Shown here: positions 27,901-40,049 of the stretch, one piece after another
How the letters are laid out: the number at the start of each line of letters is the position of its first letter
Numbering within the stretch: the stretch's first letter is position 1
Assembly: GCF_003704095.1 (NCBI RefSeq)
Contig: NW_020845264.1
Span: forward strand, 620,001-684,000
Length of the DNA: 64,000 nt
Origin: Pocillopora damicornis
Lineage: Eukaryota
Reading direction: 5' to 3'
Program-made: the position numbers and the translations under genes
The notes under the pieces: generated by a model
Database searches by the model: none
Told to the model about the DNA's origin: nothing
What the model saw: only the letters and a program-made list of their open reading frames with translations

Positions 27901-28464
27901 GTGATTATTAGTTGTTACAATACCAAATTATCTGAATTTACATTAAGAAAATTCTATGACAGACAGTATAAGGAGGATTTCTGAAGAGATCTTGGTAGTG
28001 GAAGGGTTGAAGGTGGAATTTGTAACTAAAAAAAAGGTGAATGTTAAATTTTGCTTCACACCTCCAATGATTTATTAGAACATAAAACAAATTCAAATCA
28101 TGGTATTCATCATGAAGGCTATGTTCTTCAAAAATTACAAGAATCTTGGACCCTTAAACCATTCCATCTGTGAAGATTATAACCAACTGATTTTTAAAAA
28201 TGTTTTACAGAAACATCAGGACTTTCTGACAAGATTGCAGTTGAAGCACTTCAAGGGTCATTTCTTGCAGCTCTTAAAGATCACATGGAGTTAAATTACC
28301 CTGATCGTTCAGGACGCTTTGCTAAGCTTCTTCTCCGGTTACCAGCTCTTCGTGATGTTTGCACTAAAGGCTATCAGTATTTCTTACTAGTGCGGGCCAA
28401 GCTGGAGGGAGAAATTCCAATGTCAACATTACTACAAGAAATGTTTGAATCTGCAAGGTTTTAG
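24997..28464 (+). CDS. Nuclear receptor, 354 aa, 3 exons (24997-25246, 26559-27119, 28211-28464)
   Basis: Two C4 zinc fingers with P-box CEGCKS, C-terminal extension [14 protein letters not shown] signature WAKLVPGF..L...[20 protein letters not shown] and AF-2 LLQEMF; both introns are phase 1 GT-AG and the exons sum to 1065 nt. Confidence 0.95.
27266..27449. repeat. Fold-back palindromic element (184 bp) in nuclear-receptor intron 2
   Basis: AGGTAATTTAGCATTAACAACTGAGTT...TAGCCCTTCA mirrors TGAAGGGCTA...AACTCAGTTGTTAACACTAAATTACCT along its whole length. Confidence 0.85.
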
Positions 28465-29637
28465 AGAAAATACCTCTAACCTTCCTTGGTACATAATATA
28501 GGGACATTAACTTGGAAGTTACTTCAAATGGAGTAGTTTTAGAGAAAATACCTTCATATTACTGTCCGAGTCATTGAAATACGGACATCTTCATCCCATG
28601 GAAATGTATGTTGTGGCTCAAATTTTTACCTTGTTTCTAAAATGTTTGAAATCAGTTTGGCTTTTTTCTTTTCTTTTTTTTTTGCCTTTTATTCATTGGT
28701 GAACTTAATATTTTGGAATGAAGGTAGGTAACACTGGTTTATTAATTCTTAGCACAAGTGAAAAATGTGAACCACATCATATTTTTGACAACAAAAACTT
28801 TTGAGAAGCTTAAGCTGAAAACCTGTAGGTAAATGATTCTCTTGTTCTCTATCAAATTCTCCCACTTTTCAGGTTGTATAAAGTTTGTTAATTCTGAGAG
28901 GGATATATTGGTACATTTTGTAAATTCTCGTATTTCCAAATTTTTTACACAAGCTTGTGCAGACTGCTCACATTCATTTTGCTAATAGGATCAGGTTATA
29001 CATGTCTCTATCTCCATATTAAGACCTGCTGTGAGCAGGTTAGGAGAAGAAATAGTCATTGTTGGGAAAAATAGATTGTTTACTATGGACGTAACGATTT
29101 GTATGAATTCAATCAAGAGAACGTTGTACATAACACAAATATCAAATAAGTTGTATGGTTTGTTTGAATCGAATTAAAAGTAATGAATTGGACTCTGAAG
29201 GGTTTTATGGGCTTATAGAGCCTAAGTTATGCTCAATCTGTGGCATAGTGCGACCGTCCTATTACCAGCTATGAGAGGAAAACTGGAGAAGTTTTGTCGT
29301 TGTACTGTTGGTGGGGCAAGAACCTAAATCACTGAAAACAAGGACTTAAAAAAGTTTTCAACTTTATTCATAAATCAACTCAAAAACAATTGTCAAAAAT
29401 TATTTTCCCGTAAACCCATCGTTTTTCCTCAGCATTCATTGAAAAGTTTGCACTCCGCGTGCAATATTTGTGTAAATCCAACTCTCAATCGTAAGATGAA
29501 CACCTCTCTGAGGATGAACCACTTTAACCTATAAAAGCAAGGATTTCATGATAAGAATCTTGATTAAAACTGCGAAAATGAAACAAGAATTTATCAATTA
29601 TCACTTTACATGTGACAGTGGTTAAAGTAGTGGTGTC

Positions 29638-32488
29638 CTACACGTCTGGTGTGGTCTCGAAATCTTCCAGCGCAACCCCATCACCATACAAGTACGTAGA
29701 TTGCAGTCTTTCCGAAGAGGACGGGAGAGAATGGTTGGGAAGTCTAGACACCCTGCACCACCTTGTAGGTTCTTCAACTGGAGCTTCACGGCCCAAGGAA
29801 GCGTGATCAGCACGGATGCTTTTTCTTGGCTTCACCGACCGCTTAGTTTTGCCTTGGAAAACTAATGTTTCCTCTTCATCACGGAACAATTCTGGAATAT
29901 CTATGAAACACGAAATACTACGTTTGCATAGTGGAAACACCGAAAAAAGAACAAGAATTTACGCAATACGTAGCATGCCCCCTACCTTCAGACGATGAAT
30001 CTGAACCAAAGCTCTTTTCGGGCTTTGACCAAACTACTCCAAGACAATATCCTTGTCCACCTCTGCCAGGCGGCCTCTCAGTGGGGACAGGATCCCAGTG
30101 CGCTGGGTAGCGTGGAAGCGTCGCCGTCACTGGCCGCTCAAGGATTCGTTTCACCTCGTCTGGTTCAGGTTCACCAAAACCCTCAAAGTCCTCCTCCATC
30201 TCTTTCTCCTTCTTTCTCCGGTACTTCTCAAGGAAGTCTTGAACCATGTCGGGCTTCTTTTCTCGCTTGATTGAAGGCAAGCACGGTCCAGCCCCATGCC
30301 ATTTCGGCTTTATGTCAGGAATAGGAGGTGAGTTACTTGCGCCACCTTGAAAACAGTCCGTGCTCGTGAGCGCACGGAATTGCTGAACGAATGTTGACGG
30401 TTTCCTGTCTACCCAGTTGCGCCTCGTTTTAAACGTTGAGTTGAATGTGGCGCTGTTTGGTTCTTCGTTGAAAATTTCAGGTTCCAGTTTAAATCTCACC
30501 CTCTTCTTGATTTTATGACTCGGAGAATCTTTCTTGACGCACTCCTGCCTACCTGACAGAGAACTTTCATAGTGACAAATTGAGTTAAGATCATATTTGT
30601 TCTCGGAATTGAAACTCCTTTGCAGCTCCTGTAATGCTTCCTCTCCTTTCTTGTTCTTTTTACTTTGTTTTTTCTGTGAGCTCTTCTGGCAAAGTTTAGA
30701 CTTCGATACCTTCCTCGAAACCGCTGAAGGTTCAGTGAGCCCGCTTTTCATGTCTAGTGTACTAAGTTGTTTCTTCTTAGTAGCACGTCGCTCATTGCGT
30801 TTTGTCACTGATTCTGCTTTGTCTTTGCTGTGCTCTTTCCTGGAGGTATGGCCGGTGCCAAAGTCACTAGCCTGCAATGAAGTTTGTAATGAGTCACTAC
30901 TTTGGCAACATGAGGCTTTAGGCATTGGATTTGTGGCGTTTACCTCCTTTCCCATTGCATGTAGTTTTAACGCAGATTCCTCTGAAGTGTCTTCCTCGTA
31001 ACTATTTGACTTTTCATCAACGCTTACGGCGGGTTGGTAGTCAGTATGTTCTTTGCTTCTCGGATTGTCGTTTACGATCTCAAAACGTTCTCCTCTCTCC
31101 ACTGTCGAACTTTGTTCATTGATAACGTCTGCCTCGGGGACCACAAACTTAGACACACTCTCCTTTCTCTCTAACGCCAACCAAGTCGAACATCCATTAG
31201 ACGAGGGCTCATCATTTTTTAACGATGTCCTGGATCTTTCCTTTCTTATTTCCAATTCAGGATTGGAAGAGACATGTTGCTCAGTATATCTAATGTCATC
31301 TGCCGCTACTTTCTTGAATTGCACAGAATGGTCTTCATGGGTGTCATCCTTCAAATCATAGTATGGAGCAGGTGCAACAGAGTTACTCCTCTTTTTCAAC
31401 CATTTCCCTAGAGAAGTGCGCGGCCGTTGTTTTCTTTCATAGATGGGATTAATCCCGCTTTCAGTTCCATCGACCCTGGACTTCTCTTTCAGCTTTGCGC
31501 TGCCCTCTTGAAAGTCATGATTACCGCTGATGATCTTGGCGCAGACATTTCCATCCAGTACAGTTCTATCTGTTGGTTCCTTCTTGTTGATCTCACCACC
31601 TTGTTTCTCTACGTTTTCGGAAGCACCGTCACTAACAACTCGATTTTTTCTCTTATTTTTCTTTTTCTTTTTCTTCTTTGGAAGGTTCGAACCAGATTTG
31701 TTGTCGTGTGTTGGAGAACTTTCGCCATCCATGATTTGACGAAAGTAAGGATTGTCACCAACCAAATGTATTGGTATGCTTCCCGTGGGGCCATAAAAGG
31801 AAGGTTGTCGAACTTGGATCAGTGGCTTTCCCACAGTGGAGAAGATGTCTGGGAGACAACTTCTTCCACGTGAGTGGCAATCCTCCCCTGCTGCTGTCTT
31901 TTTTTGCTCTAGTTTACCAGGTCGTGGCTCCTGGGCGGCACTAAAGCAGGGCAAGGTGTCTTGCTTGTTCAAGACATGCTCATGTATCTTCCCGGGACTT
32001 TCTCCTACATTTTTCTTTTGTGAATCGTTTGCGGTACCATCTTTAACAAACCTGCTCGCCAGAAAAAAACTTGAGGAATCTGGCATTTCAACTGGGGGGA
32101 GTGAGGCTTGACATCTGCAAGAATCGAGCCTCGCGTCGGCGAATCTCGTTTGTGGTATATTTCCTACATTGCCAGGGGGAAGGAATTTTAAATCCTCGAC
32201 GTTATCAGACAGGAATTCCTTATTTCTCCCTATTATATGTTCACCGTCTTTGCTATCCCCCAAGAAGGACTCTTCACCGGCCACGTTTGTGGATTTCACT
32301 GATCCGGTACACTGTGAGTGTTTCTTGATCACTTCAGTCTTGAATCCAGACTCATCCTGTAGGAAAACAACTTTATTCTCTTCCTCCGTTCTCCTCGGAG
32401 AGTCGCTTCCACGTTCCACTCTTCCACTACGTCTTCCGGTGACAACATAATTTTGTAAATAACCAAAAAAGGAAACGAATCTATCCAT
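29638..32488 (-). CDS. Uncharacterised 921-aa low-complexity protein (Lys/Ser/Glu-rich) with RVxF motif; 2 exons (32488-29986, 29900-29638)
   Basis: 859-aa ORF joined to the 29638..29940 ORF by an 85-nt phase-1 GT-AG intron (SSSE-D-IPELF); poly-Lys NLS-like tracts; KKRVRF. Confidence 0.8.
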
Positions 32489-32563
32489 TGTAAACAAATT
32501 TCAACCAAGAATTGAAATCGCGAATTTTTCCTCGTAAGCTCACGAAGATGAGTTTTTGCTCTA

Positions 32564-32571
32564 TGACGTCA
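32564..32571. promoter_or_regulatory. Full CRE about 75 bp upstream of the 921-aa gene start
   Basis: TGACGTCA palindrome. Confidence 0.5.
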
Positions 32572-32969
32572 TTAATTGCATGTGACACCAAATGAACCGA
32601 GCACGTGCAATTTAAGAGAGGTAGAGTGTCAACGGTAATGCTTTCGGCCGAGATGAAATTCTTGAATGAAAGTTGAATATAAAACTACAACTGATCACAC
32701 GTTTACAAAGTTTTTTCTCCATTCGTAGAAATACAACACTCCAGATCGCCCTCGCGCACATCATGCTGATATCTTTAAGTTTCAAAGTGTTCGCAAAAAG
32801 TGGCTATTTAATCAGTCAGACAGAGGCAGTCCTAACAAAAGCGTTCCGACACATTCTCACTGGAAAGTTGATACAAAATTCCAAACCTTGTCGTCCGCTA
32901 TTGTTCATAGGTAAATTGAAACACTTTATCCCAAATGATCTTTGCCTGGCTAAAATCGCCATAGCCCTC

Positions 32970-34300
32970 GGAGGCACCTATTAAGCACAGACCATAACCG
33001 AAAATCGTTAGTTCACAACATTCAAATTTCTCTTTCCGATTTCCACGGCCGAATAGATCTTTCACAAATGTAAGGCGCATTATTTTCCGCTCGTCAACTA
33101 AGATTTGTCCCCAAAAAATTTCTTTGACACCTGTTTCTCCATCGGCACCAGAATATTTTGCTACTGATTTCCGTCGCGTCGAGACTTAAAAGTTTGTCTT
33201 CCACGCAGTTCTAGTTAAGTTCTTCTTAAGACAAAACTGGCAGCCATAACATACCTTTAGAATAAATTACTTCTAAATAAAGCACTTTATCCATATCAAG
33301 TAGCCAAATCATTAAAACATCCCTTCTACATCCAGATTATATTTTCAGATATTCATCCTGTGTACATATTTATAAATTAATCATATCACAGAAAATAACC
33401 CACGTAAGGTGCTGAGAAACGAGAACGTTTTATGAATTCCGAGCCGAAGGCGAGAGATTTTTCGAATTTTTTCTCCCATGCCCCCCGAAGGCTCCTATTT
33501 AGTAGAGACCATAACCGAAGTCGTTACTTCACAACATTCTGATCTATTTCTTCCGATTTTATATTTTATATAACCATCATACTAAGTGGGTTTTACGACG
33601 GTGAATCAATAGAAAGTACAGTCACGTGATTTTATAAAACAGCTTTTTCTTTTTAAAAAGTCAGTGTGATTTGTGTATCCGCTATTTCATAGATGTAAAT
33701 ATGTTGCATCAGGACTACCTGAGACCAAACGATTCATATATGAAGTCAATAAATATTAACACTAATAAGCAGTGAAAGCCTTTTGTGTTACATGGGCCTG
33801 AATAGCAAGGTTGTTCATGAAATGGTAAAATTACTTTATTAGCCTCCGTTGTCAAGAGGGGAAAAACATCGCAGCAAACCAAATTGAGCAATGCACGAGT
33901 ATGTCTGAATGCTGTATTAATAAACACTAGAACAATTATCTATGGTTTAAATTGTCGTTATATTTTGAGGTCTGTCGTCTTCAGGAGAAAGGTAGGAACA
34001 TCATTCTGGGAAAAAACGTCTTTCTGCGACATCTGAGCTCCAGGGAAATAAGTTTGAAAGAGGCAAAATTTAATGGGACAATCATTTAGCTCTATTGTGC
34101 GCCCACTGAGATTGGCTGTTTGTTTTCTTGAATTTCTCCATGCGAAAGTAACAGCCAATCAGATGCGCTTAACATATCCCTAGGCATCGGTGTAGAATTA
34201 TTCGTACAAGCTTTTACAGAAAAAACGAAATTTTCCCCACTCAGCCCAACAGTGAGGTAGATTTGAAAATAAATAATAATTCGTAATCTTTGGAATACGA
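32970..34300. repeat. Patch of transposon-like fragments with a diverged 70-bp direct repeat
   Basis: GGCACCTATT...GACCATAACCGAA..CGTTA.TTCACAACATTC...TTCCGATTT at about 32974-33040 and 33490-33560; short inverted repeat GATTGGCTGTT...AACAGCCAATC near 34110-34160. Confidence 0.45.
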
Positions 34301-34372
34301 AACTAATCCCAAAGACACTTCGCACTCAGACACTACAAAACTATGGCGTCGACTGCCCGGGAAAAAGGGCTG

Positions 34373-37300
34373 TTATTTCAAGGATAGGTCGCCATCGTCA
34401 GTTGAAAAAAGGAGGTACACCCGTCGGGAAAGTTCGGGTCCAATTCTTCGACTACTTGCCAGTACTCCAGCGCCACGACGGACCTGAAAAAGAAAAAAAA
34501 CATAAGTCTAACTGTGCGTGGAAAGCAAGGGATCATTGCAATTAGGGATGGGGAGTATTTTGGACAGAACACAAGCTTTGATTGATGTACAAATAAAGTT
34601 ATCACGAAACTCGTGAGAAATTTCAATTTTACTATCAAAGCAAACTGGAGGGCGAAATATTTTCTAATTTCTGAGAGCTTACCAAGATGTCTTGAAGAAG
34701 TTTAGAAGCTTCCTCTCTACTGCTACAACCTTGATAGGCCTTAAAAAATATATCATTACGTTCATTATTAAGATTCAGAATTTCTTACGTGATAGAATAT
34801 AATATCAATAGCAACTAAAAATTAAGTAAGTTCACAAGATCTACGACTGTTGGAGTGCGAAAACACTTGATGTAGGCGAGATGACAGCATTTACAAAGAA
34901 AAGTCATAAAAAAAGTAAAACAACAAGATGCAGTACCTTGATGAGACTCTGTGGAGATGGGTAAACGTTTGTAATGGCGGCCGCCATCTCCGCTGAAACA
35001 TTTCTCAACTGTTGAAAATGTTTCTGCCAGACTTTCTTCAAACCCTCACCGTCTTTTGACACCTGCAGAAAGGAACAACCTCTTGGCAAACAGCTACAAT
35101 TGAGAGATAGTGGAGAATTTGAAAGACGTGAGATTCAAGGAAAATTGATGAAAACGTTGGCAGATAGCAATGACGGGAATGTTCTGGTGACATCTTCTCG
35201 GCCTAAAATGGCCCAAGTTTAGTTGACCCATCAAAGATTTTAGTGCATAGCAGCTTACTGCCCCCTCTCCCTCACCATCTCAACCCACACTATTTTTCAA
35301 GATTCTCCTGAGTGGAGAGGAGCACTGTTCAAGTTACATATTTTACCCAAGAACACAACATAATATTCCTGCCTGGGCTCAAACAAGACGTTTTCATATG
35401 GAGTACAGCGCACCAACCACAAGGACAGCGCATCTTCCTCAATACAGAGCATAGAAGCATTATATCTACTTGCCCCACCCTTCACTCCCTATGATAATCC
35501 CAACTGCATACTAATCCCCCCCCTGTAAATTCATGAAACATGTGCTGAGAGTATTTATTGATGACAATGGGCTTCAAGGTGTACCTTCACAGATCTTTTC
35601 TGTCCTTCCACACAAAAAGAAAATACTTCCGGTTGTTTTTTCCTATTAATGCAAAATGTGATTTTAATTCTTTAACCTCTAACAGAACATGTGGCAATAG
35701 ACACGAGGAATCAATGCAGACGTGATCTTACTTAAACGGTGCTTCAGCAACAGCTTTAGTTAACATGGCCAACAGATCAGCAAACTCCTCTTCAGTTTCA
35801 CACATGCGTATTCGGCAGTCAGGCTGTTTTATTTGTAAGTCCACAAGAGCTTCTTCTACATCAACCCTTGACACCATAACACTGGCTACAGATTCTTTGT
35901 TTATTTTCTTTCGTCGCTTACTGCTGGAATTATCATTATCTGAGGAGCTTTTCCCAAGAACAGCTTTTCGAAACTGGTGTTTTTGAGCAAGTTTAACATC
36001 TCTTTAGAGAAATCAAAGAAACAAGAGTGACAATTTACTTTTAGCCTTGTGAAATCTTCCTTGATGCAGCCCATAAAGAAAAAAAACAAAAATCCAAGAA
36101 AGGTGCTCTTTACTATTAACACTGCAAGGTACCATGGGCACCTACTGGAAGTGCACTTTGTAAAAGGTATAATTTTATTATTCTTACTTTTATTCTTATT
36201 GTTATTATTCATTATGGTAATGTTAATGTTGATAGTGATAATAACAATGATGATGATGTCAATTATGAACATTATTATAAATTTCAAGAAGACACACCTG
36301 AAATACTTTTCAAGACCCATCACAATTAAAGTGATGATTTTACCAGGGTAAATTGTCAGGGCTCTTTCAAAGAATTCAGTCAAAGTTTCTTCATCAGAGA
36401 TAACAGATACTGCTGGATTTTGAATCTCCTAAATGAAAACAATGGAAACAAAAAAAAAAAGGATTTGCTGCAATCATGTTGCTTTTAGGCCCCACAACAC
36501 AAAGAGGATAAAATTGTCAGTCTGCAATCATAAATAGGATAAAAGTTTACAGATACTGATTCCTGTTTCCTTATTTGATCTCACCTCACAAGATCGTAAA
36601 ACCATTTCCACAAACTTGACTACTGACAGACAAAGTACTGCATGGTTTTCATTAGTGACAGTTGTTCTCATGGAAATCTAACAAGAAGGATAAAAAAAAC
36701 ACCAAAAAAAAACTATAAGACAGAGAACTGTTTCAATGAATACTGAGTCAATTCCATTTTTATTGTTTGATATTTCAATTTCTAAAGAACACTCACTTAA
36801 AATTATGTCTCTTGAGCACACTGTAAACTACAATCTTATTACTACACAAAACAGAGCAGATAAAATCAAAATACAAGAGACACAGAACTTAGAGTGATCC
36901 CAAATCCTTTTATCAATTATTTTTTTCTATTTCTTTCTTTTCTTTTCATTTTTCAAGGAGAAGAACTGACATGTAAATGAGCCTTCCCCATCCTTAATTG
37001 TGTACATATAAAAGTACCTGAAGTGTCCCCTCCTGTACATCATGCTGCACACAAGCTCTCTGCCATGTAATACTGCTGGGAAATAGCTGTGATTTTATCT
37101 CATGACCTGCTCCCAGTGTTTCTAATCTTTGAAGGAGAAGACTTTCCCCAGCAAGCTGACAACAGCTCACTATTTCATGATCAATGCAAACCACTATTTG
37201 CTGTTCGAAAGAATTTTAAATAAAGCACTTAATCATCACAAAAAGTTGGCATTTACCAACACCTGTACCTCAAAAGGATGAAAATGAAAATGAAAAGAAA

Positions 37301-40049
37301 CAAAATACACATGCAACATTTAACCTTTAAAAGAACATATGTAGTAGTATGAAGCAACACATTTTGGGACTCAAGAAAAACATTTTTTCCTCATACAGTA
37401 CCTTGATACAGCCATCTAATCGATTGTTTGATTTCTGATTCATTCTATCTGCCTAAACAAGAAATAAAGCACAAAACAATAAATATAGCATGAAATCTAA
37501 TGTAAATCCACAAAAAATAAATTTAAGAGGAATAATTTTTTTTGCATTCTTCCTACTAATTTCCTCTCCTTAATGCAAAACAGAAGATTCAAAGGCTTCC
37601 TCATTAAATGTTTACACTTTGACTTAAGTACCTACATTCTTCTTTCATTCTTTATACATTTCTTAAGGTACTGACAAGGAGAATTTATTGAACAATCAGG
37701 TGCTTCTTATGTTGGTGATCATAATTATCATCCTTGTAATGATTAGCTATGATTCCACAATCGTCGATTATGTAATTTCTGTTTTGAGTTAAGTGTCATA
37801 AGGTCAATGAAATTAGAGAGAAGCTTAGTTATCCTCAGACACAGTCCATTAAGATCAAAGCTACAAGATTAAGGCAGTAAAATAATAAGAATTCTAACCC
37901 GAGAAAAGAGGTATGATTTTGCCTACATAATTTCTATTTGCATGTTCTCGGATTATATTTGTTATCATGGTTATTGCACGTGATTTAATTCTAAAATAGT
38001 ATTATCATGTATGCTCTATGTGTACAAGTGATTTCACAATAGCACATGTTATGTATAGTTTCTAATTGTTCTTAATAGTATGTTATGCTGCAAATTACCT
38101 TACAGTTTTTTACATTTTCAAGTACCATACCCCAAGAATAAAAGATAATCAATAAGATACAAAGATGAGTACTTGAAGTCAGTAAATCTCCACCTCCGAC
38201 CAGATATGTTTATACCTTGAGAACCTAAACCCACTACAATCCTCCTGACCTTAGTGTTTGATTCAGTCATGATACTGTTGGGAGAAAATCACCATCACTT
38301 TTCACTCTTAGGGTGAACCAGTTGGCCAGATGTTTTCACAGTAGGCGTTGGGACCATACAACTTCATAGGGTAGATAACAGAGCCCCTTGAGCAAAAAGT
38401 ACTAGTATCCAAAATGGATGGTCAAGATTTTTCAGATCCCAAAATTTCATTAACAAACCATTTTCAGTAGTTTTTCCCTGTCCTTCTGAATTTTCAACTG
38501 TTCCCTGGCTTGTTTTCTGGCATGTTGTTCTTTTTCCTTTTCTTCTTTCTTTGTTTGTTTTTCAAGTTTTTTTACTTGTTTCTTAAGCTATAAATTGAAA
38601 GTGAATAGTAATGCAAAGAATTATAAATATTTTAAAAACTGTTACAGTATAATTGCAAAATAATTGCAAAAATAATTCAGGATTTTGACAAACTGAGATG
38701 TTGAAAATGGAGATTGGAGCTTAAATATTATCTCCCAGTTTAGTGTCTACACTCCTTATAACTGTTCCCGACATAACAAATGACATAGTGATACTTACAT
38801 GAGCTTCATTTCTCTCTCTTGTAATTTTGTGTGGTGACCCTTTCTTTTTCTTAACAGGGATTTGAGAATCATCCTGAGAGTCAAAGTTGCTTCCTAGAAA
38901 CTGAGAATCCCTACTTTTATAATTATCTGTGCATGAGTTTGAATGTGATTTAGAAGACAGGGTGCCCCTATTATCTGTGTGTAAAGATGGTAGAACACAT
39001 GGAAGATCATCACTATCAGAGCTGTAATCATCAGATTGAGAGCAATCTACAAATATTTCTCCACTTCTCTTGAAGTACTCCTCTGCAGCTTTCCTGTTCT
39101 CCTTTGGTGGCATTTGATTGCTTGAGTTTGTAGTTAGCGTTTTAGCAGCAGGTGAATGTAAAGTGTAAACATCCTGAATATCCTCTTGCTCATTATCATC
39201 AGAGAAGGAAAGATCAATTATCGAACTTCTGCATTTGACCATTGTTTTCCTTCCCGTTGCCTTTCCTTTTACATGGTAAGAGGTANNNNNNNNNNNNNNN
39301 NNNNNNNNNNNNNNNNNNNNNNNNNNNNNNNNNNNNNNNNNNNNNNNNNNNNNNNNNNNNNNNNNNNNNNNNNNNNNNNNNNNNNTTACTGGATCGTTGG
39401 TTTAGTGCATTTGTCAAATATCTTTTATGTAATAGTCTAGTGTGTTATTTATGTAGGATATATACATTTAATAAACTGTCTGGTCCCAAAACAAGCTTCT
39501 GTCTGTCGTGGTGTTTAGTTGGAGACTCATTAAACAGTTCATGGAATAATATACAGTATTTTATGAATTTCTTTCTTTCAAATTTGACGCTTGGACATTT
39601 GGCTATGTCTTCAGTTGCTCGCACAAAATGTAAAGGAAATGACAAAGAAAGATTTGTAAACAGAGTAACGTTTTAAAAAAAAATCGAATTTGTGAAAGTA
39701 GGCACAGGTACAGTCCTGATCAGCAGTTAAAATAGAAAAAACTCATTATCAAATCATACCTAAAAGAAAATTCCTACCAATGGACTAAATTAAACGATTT
39801 TTATGTTACAAACGATGGTTCAAACTTTTAAGATCGGTTTCCGGTTTGTTTTCCTTTTAATACCATACTGACCTGACCATCCAGTATCCTGTTAACAGTT
39901 TTCACTGGACTTCTGGTGATTTCCAAATCTTTAGCTATATCTATTGGATCAACATCTGGATAGACTGACAATACATTTTCGATCATAGTATGTGCTACAG
40001 TCTTTCTACTAAAAGGAGAATAAAGCAGATCGTCCTCTTCATCCTCCAT
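34373..40049 (-). CDS. EME1: Crossover junction endonuclease EME1 (MUS81 partner), multi-exon, spans an N-gap
   Basis: [64 protein letters not shown] and C-terminal [23 protein letters not shown] match EME1; the link to exon 40049-39873 across the gap is inferred. Confidence 0.88.

Noticed and set aside
29918-29985. Frameshift between the 859-aa and 100-aa ORFs
   Set aside because: Explained by a canonical 85-nt GT-AG intron
29995-32450. Many plus-strand ORFs of 65-150 aa
   Set aside because: Antisense shadows of the long minus-strand exon with no independent coding signal
35901-36383. Hydrophobic Ile/Asn-rich ORFs on both strands
   Set aside because: Read-through of an EME1 intron containing ATT/ATG triplet low-complexity sequence
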